DNA from: an uncultured Chitinophagaceae bacterium
Lineage (GTDB): Bacteria > Bacteroidota > Bacteroidia > Chitinophagales > Chitinophagaceae
Direction: 5' to 3'
NCBI GenBank assembly: GCA_966674115.1
Contig: CBKWHA010000002.1
Span: 5,399-69,398, forward strand
Length of the DNA stretch: 64,000 bases
Below the pieces are notes generated by a model that worked only from the letters and a program-made list of their open reading frames with translations, had not been told where the DNA came from and ran no database searches. The translations under genes were made by a program, and so were the position numbers. Shown piece after piece: positions 8,600 to 15,504 of this stretch (its first letter is position 1; the number at the start of each line of letters is the position of its first letter).

Positions 8600-9523
8600 A
8601 TGGCGCTTTCTACTAGACATCTCCTCGGCATTAAAGAATTGACTGCTCAGGATATTTCACTGATTTTACAAACGGCTCAACAGTTTAAAGAGGTTCTCCA
8701 AAGGCCTATTAAAAAGGTACCTTCTCTTAGAGATATAACAATAGTTAATCTTTTTTTTGAGAATTCGACACGGACCCGGATTTCTTTTGAACTGGCAGAG
8801 AAACGGCTTTCGGCAGATACGATCAATTTTGCAGCATCTGGCTCATCTGTGTCCAAAGGCGAAACGCTCTTAGACACAGTTAATAACATCCTATCCATGA
8901 AGGTGGATATGGTGGTAATGCGTCATAGCGCTTCAGGTGCTCCTCATTTCTTGGCAAAGCATATTCCGGCTGCAATTATTAACGCAGGCGATGGTATTAA
9001 TGAGCATCCAACGCAGGCGTTGCTGGATGCTTTATCAATCACTGAACAATTTGGAAAATTGCAGGGGGTTAAAGTGGCTATAATTGGCGACATCATGCAT
9101 AGCCGCGTGGCGCAAAGCAATATTTACTTATTAAAGAAAATGGGAGCGGAAGTGATCGTTTGTGGCCCTCCTACACTTATTCCAAAATATATAGAAGAGG
9201 CTTTCAATATTCGTGTCGAGTATAACTTAAAGAAAGCACTGGAGTGGTGTGATGTTGCAAACGTTCTGCGCATCCAGTTAGAAAGGCAAAATCAGGTGCT
9301 TTTTTCTTCCTTAAGGGAATACAACCTGGCTTATGGGATCAACAGGCGGCTGTTGGAAAGCCTGTCCAAGAGAATTACCATCATGCACCCAGGACCGATA
9401 AATAGAGGAGTAGAATTGGATAGCGATGTGGCTGATAGTGACCAATCTATAATTTTACAACAGGTTGAAAATGGTGTAGCCGTGCGAATGGCTGTATTGT
9501 ATTTACTTTCAAACCGTCAATAA
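8600..9523 (+). CDS. pyrB: Aspartate carbamoyltransferase catalytic subunit
   Basis: FFENSTRTR, HPTQALLD and MHPGPINRG motifs. Length 307 aa. Confidence 0.95.
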   Translation: MALSTRHLLGIKELTAQDISLILQTAQQFKEVLQRPIKKVPSLRDITIVNLFFENSTRTRISFELAEKRLSADTINFAASGSSVSKGETLLDTVNNILSMKVDMVVMRHSASGAPHFLAKHIPAAIINAGDGINEHPTQALLDALSITEQFGKLQGVKVAIIGDIMHSRVAQSNIYLLKKMGAEVIVCGPPTLIPKYIEEAFNIRVEYNLKKALEWCDVANVLRIQLERQNQVLFSSLREYNLAYGINRRLLESLSKRITIMHPGPINRGVELDSDVADSDQSIILQQVENGVAVRMAVLYLLSNRQ

Positions 9524-9576
9524 CGCCTAAGTGTATAGTTATTGGCTATAAGAATAATATTCCTAACTTAATTTTC

Positions 9577-10047
9577 ATGAAGCGTATAGGCCTTTTTCCA
9601 GGAACTTTTGACCCTTTAACCTTTGGTCATCTTGATATTATTGAGCGGGCTTTACCTCTTTTTGATAAATTATTTATTGGTATCGGTGTTAATTCCAGCA
9701 AAGTTCCCATGTTTTCGGCCGATCAGCGGTTAGAATGGTTGAATAATATTTTTGAAAAAGAACCCAAAATTGAAACAGTAATCTATGAAGGCCTTACTGT
9801 TGATTGCTGTAAAAGAATCGGGGCCAATTATATTTTAAGGGGTATTCGGTATGTTAATGATTTTGAATATGAAAAGGCCATTGCTGATATGAACCGCAGC
9901 CTTGATGGAAATATCGAGACCATTTTTTTGACCTGCTTGCCAAAATATACTTCAGTAGCTTCTACACTAGTGCGGGATGTGCTACGCTATGGAGGGGATG
10001 TTTCTCAATTTGTTCCTGAGGTTGTATTAAAAACTATGCAGGTTTAA
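9577..10047 (+). CDS. coaD: Phosphopantetheine adenylyltransferase
   Basis: GLFPGTFDPLTFGHLDII (T/HxGH) and ...SSTLVRD-like ASTLVRDV. Length 156 aa. Confidence 0.95.
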   Translation: MKRIGLFPGTFDPLTFGHLDIIERALPLFDKLFIGIGVNSSKVPMFSADQRLEWLNNIFEKEPKIETVIYEGLTVDCCKRIGANYILRGIRYVNDFEYEKAIADMNRSLDGNIETIFLTCLPKYTSVASTLVRDVLRYGGDVSQFVPEVVLKTMQV

Positions 10048-10085
10048 AGTTATAATGTACTACTTCTTTTATTTTTGGAATCACC

Positions 10086-10751
10086 CTAGGCTTTTCTGTT
10101 TTTTTGTAAAGTTTGAATGGCTGCGTTGATGACATCTATTATAGTGGGGAATGTATTATCTAAATAGGGAGTAAGTTTGGATATTTTCACCCATTCACAT
10201 TTTTCGATATCCTCTTCGGTCTGAGGTGTAAGTACTTGTTCTCTGGGCGTTGTCATTAAGAACCAAAAAGATTCCTTTAATATAGTGTTTCCATCTTGTT
10301 GATATGTATGGTAAGTGGTCTGTATTAGTTTTTTTAATGAAAGGTTCTGTAAACCTGTTTCTTCCTCTACTTCTCTTTTAGCACAATCTTCAATTTGCTC
10401 GTAGGGATCTAATTTGCCTTTGGGTAAATCCCATTTTCCCCTTCTATAAATCAGTAATATCTCATCTTCTGCCTCTGAATAAACTAAACCGCCGCCGGCC
10501 TGTATGCACACCAGTTCATCTTTTAAAGCAACCAATAGATCATCCGGATTTTCGGATATAAAAATACCTGCATTAATGTCTGGTTGCTGCATTTTTTGGA
10601 TCATAATTCTGATATTGGTCTGGCTGAATTCCTGGAAGACTACTGTCGCCTTATCATCTGCAAATGGGGCTATTTCTTCCATGATTTCAGTCGTCAGGAT
10701 CAGAGGCTTTGATCCAAAATATACTTTCTTGTGCATGCGCAAAGGTAACAC
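10086..10751 (-). CDS. NUDIX hydrolase with an N-terminal extension
   Basis: Nudix box GKWDLPKGKLDPYEQIEDCAKREVEEETGL. The start is uncertain (alternative Met codons lie downstream). Confidence 0.85.
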   Translation of the reverse strand: MLPLRMHKKVYFGSKPLILTTEIMEEIAPFADDKATVVFQEFSQTNIRIMIQKMQQPDINAGIFISENPDDLLVALKDELVCIQAGGGLVYSEAEDEILLIYRRGKWDLPKGKLDPYEQIEDCAKREVEEETGLQNLSLKKLIQTTYHTYQQDGNTILKESFWFLMTTPREQVLTPQTEEDIEKCEWVKISKLTPYLDNTFPTIIDVINAAIQTLQKNRKA

Positions 10752-10768
10752 CTTCGTACTTTCGCAGC

Positions 10769-11404
10769 ATGACTGACGCTATTATTACAGCCGAAAAATT
10801 GCTGCAGGCCGATGCAGTAAGATTAAGCCCGGAAAAGCCATTTACCTGGGCAAGCGGGTGGAAAAGCCCCATCTATTGCGATAACCGTAGAGTATTATCG
10901 CATCCTTTTATTCGTGACTATATCAAAAGTGAGCTCTGCAACGTGGCTTTTGAGAAGTTTAGCTCTGCTGATCTGGTGGCTGGCGTAGCTACTGCAGGGA
11001 TTGCCTGGGGGGCTATGGTAGCCGATCAATTAAAGCTGCCATTTATATATGTGCGTCCTAAACCCAAAGAACATGGTTTGGGAAATCAAATTGAGGGTCA
11101 ATTTCAATCTGGCCAAAAGGTTGTCATTATTGAGGATCTGGTTTCAACCGGGAAAAGCAGTTTACAGGTAGTGGATGTATTAAAATCTGTAGGTATTGAG
11201 GTGATTGGTATGATCTCTATTTTTAATTACCGGTTCAATGTGGCTAAAGAAGCCTTTGAAAAGGCCGGGGTAGAACTTTATTCACTTACCGATTATCCCG
11301 CATTGTTGCAACTGGCAGAAAAAAGAGGAATTGTGCAACCTGAACATCAGGAAGTTTTGTTAAATTGGAGGAACGATCCTGCAAACTGGGCCGGTGTTTC
11401 TTAA
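10769..11404 (+). CDS. pyrE: Orotate phosphoribosyltransferase
   Basis: MTDAIITAEKLLQADAVRL...FTWASGWKSPIYCDNR and the PRPP loop VVIIEDLVSTGKSS. The ORF-track start at 10709 adds 20 implausible residues and would overlap the divergent gene. Confidence 0.9.
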   Translation: MTDAIITAEKLLQADAVRLSPEKPFTWASGWKSPIYCDNRRVLSHPFIRDYIKSELCNVAFEKFSSADLVAGVATAGIAWGAMVADQLKLPFIYVRPKPKEHGLGNQIEGQFQSGQKVVIIEDLVSTGKSSLQVVDVLKSVGIEVIGMISIFNYRFNVAKEAFEKAGVELYSLTDYPALLQLAEKRGIVQPEHQEVLLNWRNDPANWAGVS

Positions 11405-11429
11405 ATTCGTTATTAAATATTTATTTCTT

Positions 11430-11783
11430 ATGAAGAAATTTCTTTTTTCATTGTTTTCTGTTTCTCTTTTGTCAATTGCGTCTTTTGCACAGACGAAAGC
11501 AGTACAGACCGTTAAATTAAGCACGCCAACCGTACAGTGCGAAAGCTGCAAAAAAAGGATTGAAACTTATTTGAAAAGATACGATGGAGTAATGTCTATT
11601 AATGTAAATGTTAAGAAAAAAGAAACTACAGTAAAATACATTACTGATCGTATTAATGAGGAAGAAGTAAAAACTGCGATCGCAAATGCAGGGTATGATG
11701 CAAATGATGTACCTGCAAATCCTGATTCATATAAAAAACTTCCGACATGTTGCAAAAAGCCGGAAGACGGAGGCGGTATGTAA
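11430..11783 (+). CDS. Secreted heavy-metal-associated (HMA) domain protein
   Basis: Signal peptide MKKFLFSLFSVSLLSIASFAQ, an HMA fold with CESC (CxxC), and a Cys-rich tail ...LPTCCKKPEDGGGM. Confidence 0.75.
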   Translation: MKKFLFSLFSVSLLSIASFAQTKAVQTVKLSTPTVQCESCKKRIETYLKRYDGVMSINVNVKKKETTVKYITDRINEEEVKTAIANAGYDANDVPANPDSYKKLPTCCKKPEDGGGM

Positions 11784-11811
11784 CTCCGAGTTTTGAAAAT
11801 CTTTTAATAAT

Positions 11812-11842
11812 AAAAAATCCAGCTCAAAAGGCTGGATTTTTT
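11812..11842. terminator. Bidirectional terminator that also encodes the last codons of the minus-strand gene
   Basis: 12-bp stem aaaaaatccagc / gctggatttttt. The stop codon of 11824..12300 (tca at 11824-11826) sits in the loop. Confidence 0.75.
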
Positions 11843-12300
11843 ATTAGGTTCAGATCTACCTGATGCTTTCCCTGATAACTGATGGGTCGTGTAATAAATA
11901 TTCCTGCCTTACCCACTTTTACTTCACCATTTGCTTTTACAAGAACTTGCCTGTTCGTCAGGTCATTCAAGTTTAATTGCAGCGCTTTCGCTATTGAAAC
12001 CGAACCTTTAAGAGGTAAGGAAAATTCTGCCCTTTTGACAACATCTACCTCTTGTTCCTGGATGAATTTTCCAAGATATACAGAATCCACAAAAACATCA
12101 ATTGCTGCCTCTTTGACACTTACGCCAAATCTGTTCGGATTATAGTAAGTAACACTGAAACCAAGGTCTGCCTTCTGGAGGTCTATTTTCTTGACCTTAA
12201 AATTATTCAACTTTCTGAATTCGGGTGCTTCCACTTTCCCGCAGGAGCTAAAGAACAATCCTAATACAGTTACCAATAACAAGCCCTTTAAAATTTTCAT
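11824..12300 (-). CDS. LEA type-2 (LEA_2 / NDR1-HIN1-like) family lipoprotein
   Basis: Lipobox LFFSSC, then ...FKVKKIDLQKADLGFSVTYYNPNRFGVSVKEAAIDVFVDSVYLGKF..., typical of the LEA_2 beta-sandwich. Confidence 0.7.
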   Translation of the reverse strand: MKILKGLLLVTVLGLFFSSCGKVEAPEFRKLNNFKVKKIDLQKADLGFSVTYYNPNRFGVSVKEAAIDVFVDSVYLGKFIQEQEVDVVKRAEFSLPLKGSVSIAKALQLNLNDLTNRQVLVKANGEVKVGKAGIFITRPISYQGKHQVDLNLIKNPAF

Positions 12301-13184
12301 TTCCTTCCTTTTTACAAAAATCGCACTAATAAGCTTAAAAATTTCACAATTGAAAATTAGAAATGTTATGCTAAAAAATGTAGTATATGAAAGTTTTGAG
12401 GAAAAATATTAATTACTAAAATAATTAGTAATTAAAATTTTTAATAACTTATTAATTTACAGTCAATAATGGTAACTATATATCAATATAGATAAGATAT
12501 TTTATGCGGAAATATGCTATAAATTACATTGAATTAAACAATATCAAACTAACTCTTTAATTTTTGTAATATTATATTGATATTCAATTAAATAACCTCA
12601 TTGTATAAATTATTATTTTAAATAGGTTATGGTAGATATAATATTTTAATGTTTGATGGCCAAAAAAACGCTTTTAGCCCATCAAACAGATTATTGATTG
12701 TGGAAGCGGAAAAAAATGGAGAAAGGGATTAATGAAGATTTTTAGAAAAACAGTAGATCTGGTTTAGACTAGCATAACTCAAGTGACTCTAACTGAAAAT
12801 TAATTTTAAATTCTAGAACACTGTTCCTGATGTGATCATTTTTTGAATTTGACTAGGCGGGCGGTTATGACTAAATGGCTGTTCCCCATTTAAATAAGAT
12901 TATAAAGACACCGCTAGGAAAATTTCAAGTTCTGACAATATGGCTTATAGTTATGCTTTACCTTATTATAATCTATTTAGCCCGCTAAGGAATGATTGAG
13001 AAATTTATTGTATGCATGGCCATTTAAAAACTAATATTTTAGTATTATCTCAAGCGTGGGCATAAGAAATCATACTCGACTTTTAAGTGTGCTCAGTCAG
13101 TAAATTAAGTTCTATTTTTAGGAATGATGTAAAGAGATTTGATGTAGAGGTAAATTAAATATCTAATCCACTGCCATTTTATTT
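12301..13184. other. 884-nt ORF-free intergenic region. The first ~360 nt are extremely AT-rich.
   Basis: No ORF of 60 aa or more in any frame lies wholly within it, and only ORFs of 19 aa or fewer are visible by eye. It contains AT palindromes and a few short hairpins. Confidence 0.9.
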
Positions 13185-14840
13185 TTACAACTTGATTATC
13201 TTTTTCTTTGTAACTATAATAGTATCATTCTTTCCAAAGGGCTTCTCACTATTGATGTGGACTTCTATTGGCACATTATCTGATATTGAAATTTCTGTGC
13301 ATGCGTTGTTGGCCTGCTCAGATTGAATGGTTTCACAATCAATACTATCCAGGTGTACCATTGTTAATTTATTCTGGAGGTTTGCTTCGAGTTGTTTCCA
13401 GTTAATTTTATTAAAGTCAGCTTTTAAATTTTGCTCCAGATTTTTCCAATTGATTTTGCTGATTTCAGCCAGGTATTCTTTATAAGCGGTATTTTTTTCA
13501 GTTTCTGTTAATCCATCTGGTATATTTTTCTTTAAATTTTTCCACTCATAAGTGATCAGCACTTTCTTAACAAGTCGTATAGTAGATTGCACCTGTTTTT
13601 TTTCCGAACCGGTTAATCTCGCATCTGACTCATTTAATGAAACGGGTATAATATAATTAGTAAAAGGAGGAGGCGTAGGTGCTGTAGGTATGTTTTCTTT
13701 GTGCTCAACAACTGTTATTACCTGTTCATTTTTAGGAATAATTATCGACGGTTGTATTGTGGATCCAGGATCTCTTGCCGCCCTTTTTTTCTCCCCAGAC
13801 TTTTCCTCACTGGCCAGGAAATAGTAAGGATTGGCAAAGTTGCTAAAGACAAAAGGTTTTCCTTTTTCTTCCCCTTGTGATACTGTAAGTAAGGCTTTAA
13901 GGAAAAAAGCAAAAAAAATGGCAGCAAAAAAACCTGCTATATGTGAAACTTTAATAGGTGAATTTTTGGGTGTTAGGCCTGCAATTTTTTCAATTCGTTG
14001 CAACAGATGGCTCTTTCCTGTTGCTGCAATAGTAAAAAGCCTACCATAAATAGCTGCTTTTTCCAATTGTAAAAGAGCTGAGGCATAGCTGACTTTATCA
14101 TAACCGAACTGCAAAACGATCTGATCACAACTTTCTTCGCGGCTTGACTCTGCCGTGCGCACAAAAAGTTTAAGAAAAGGGTTGAAATACAATAAGGTAT
14201 GTGCAATGTTGATGAAAATGTTAAGAAGGTAATCGTAACGGCGAATATGTGCCAATTCATGAAGAAGAACAGCCTCTGCCTGGGGCAGCGTCAAATGGTT
14301 TAAGGACGCTACTGGTAACAGAATAATAGGTTTTAAAAAACCTATGGTAACCGGAGAATGGATAATTTCTGAAAAATATAAGTAAACTTCTTTTTTGATA
14401 CCAAGAAGTTTTGACATCTTTTGAACAAATAACCGGTATTCTAAATCCACTTTTTGAATTTTATATTTTTTCAGCTTATTTAAAAAAAGCCAGTTTTCGT
14501 ACATCCTGTAAAGCGGAATGACCAAAAGAATCAGGTAAGTAATAGAGGCGGAGCTTAGTAATGTTGATAACCAGGCAGAAGAAATAGAAATACTGATCTT
14601 GCTGACTATGCCTGAGTTTAAATCGTCACCATTGATAATATAATAGGTGATGTTGCAGAAAAATAATAAAAAACTGGTCGTAATACATGCTACTGAAAGA
14701 ACGTATTTTTTTTGAGGAGAAAGCCAGAGTAATTGATTAGCAATCCAAAAAAAACACCATAAAAGACCCGCTTGCCAAAAGGAATTAAGCGCAGCCCAAC
14801 CTATTGCTTGTAAAAAAGCAGAGTAGCTGATTTCTGCCAT
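13185..14840 (-). CDS. BlaR1/MecR1-type M56 family membrane metallopeptidase (signal transducer) with a non-PBP C-terminal domain
   Basis: Four or more N-terminal TM segments, zinc motif LLHELAHIRRYD (HExxH), and ...ESCDQ.... The C-terminus carries three (I/Y)(N/E)WK(N/Q)L..N(L/I) repeats instead of a penicillin-binding sensor. Confidence 0.85.
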   Translation of the reverse strand: MAEISYSAFLQAIGWAALNSFWQAGLLWCFFWIANQLLWLSPQKKYVLSVACITTSFLLFFCNITYYIINGDDLNSGIVSKISISISSAWLSTLLSSASITYLILLVIPLYRMYENWLFLNKLKKYKIQKVDLEYRLFVQKMSKLLGIKKEVYLYFSEIIHSPVTIGFLKPIILLPVASLNHLTLPQAEAVLLHELAHIRRYDYLLNIFINIAHTLLYFNPFLKLFVRTAESSREESCDQIVLQFGYDKVSYASALLQLEKAAIYGRLFTIAATGKSHLLQRIEKIAGLTPKNSPIKVSHIAGFFAAIFFAFFLKALLTVSQGEEKGKPFVFSNFANPYYFLASEEKSGEKKRAARDPGSTIQPSIIIPKNEQVITVVEHKENIPTAPTPPPFTNYIIPVSLNESDARLTGSEKKQVQSTIRLVKKVLITYEWKNLKKNIPDGLTETEKNTAYKEYLAEISKINWKNLEQNLKADFNKINWKQLEANLQNKLTMVHLDSIDCETIQSEQANNACTEISISDNVPIEVHINSEKPFGKNDTIIVTKKKIIKL

Positions 14841-14841
14841 A

Positions 14842-15246
14842 TTAATTTTTTTTCAGATTATCTAATAGTTGCTGTATTTGCTCTAGCTCTTCCGGGGTGG
14901 CCTTGTGGTGATCATTACCCAAAGCTTGTAGAACCAGTTGAGTGGATGAACCGCCGAACAGTGAGTCGATCATTTTTGTTAGCAAATGTTTTTGCGTATG
15001 CTCTTTATTTACCGCAGCTTGGTAAATGTGGGTTCTCATCGATTCATCGCGTTTTACCAGACCCTTTTCATGCATAATTTGCATGAGCTTAAGGGTGGTC
15101 GTATAACCAATATCTTTTGAATGGCACAGTTCTTCATGTACTTCTCTAACAGTAGCCAAGCCTTTATGCCAAAGGATTTGTAGAATTTCTAATTCACTTT
15201 CTGTGGGTTTGATATATTTCGGAGTGGCCATAGGAAAAGTTTTCAT
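14842..15246 (-). CDS. BlaI/MecI/CopY family transcriptional repressor
   Basis: Winged helix ...SELEILQILWHKGLATVREVHEEL...GYTTTLKLMQIMHEKGLVKR.... Its stop lies 1 nt from the M56 gene start, which suggests an operon. The start is probably Met24 (15246) or Met29 (15231) of the ORF-track translation. Confidence 0.85.
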   Translation of the reverse strand: MKTFPMATPKYIKPTESELEILQILWHKGLATVREVHEELCHSKDIGYTTTLKLMQIMHEKGLVKRDESMRTHIYQAAVNKEHTQKHLLTKMIDSLFGGSSTQLVLQALGNDHHKATPEELEQIQQLLDNLKKN

Positions 15247-15270
15247 TACGAATATACGACCAATTTCGTA
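15247..15270. promoter_or_regulatory. Inverted repeat TACGAA-N12-TTCGTA, candidate BlaI-type operator
   Basis: The perfect 6-bp arms lie immediately upstream of the preferred blaI-like start codon. Confidence 0.3.
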
Positions 15271-15504
15271 TTTAGGGATGCAGTAATATTTGTTAATATT
15301 TATTAACATACACATGAATATTAAAACATGTCTAACTCAACAAAGGAAACATTTCGATTTAATAATTCTTGCTAAACTTCTAGGTGTAATCCTTGTAAAA
15401 TAAAAATAATGCCTTCAAACATGATGTTTCTATCTTAATGCACGAACGGTATTTTAACTTTATGAAGCGGAGCTTTATTATATTAATATTCAAACTTATG
15501 CACA

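Noticed and set aside
12301-12700. The AT-rich gap as a replication origin
   Set aside because: I found no DnaA-box-like TTATCCACA/TGTGGATAA motifs and no dnaA or dnaN nearby. gyrA is 29 kb away, which is not diagnostic.
14842-15315. Long (157-aa) version of the BlaI-like ORF, and similar 5' extensions at 10709 (pyrE), 11394 (HMA), 29121 (acylase), 4512 (pruA), 51719 (folC) and 61957
   Set aside because: The extensions are non-homologous-looking. They overlap palindromes, -7 boxes or the divergent neighbour. Internal ATG codons give N-termini that match the family or a signal peptide.
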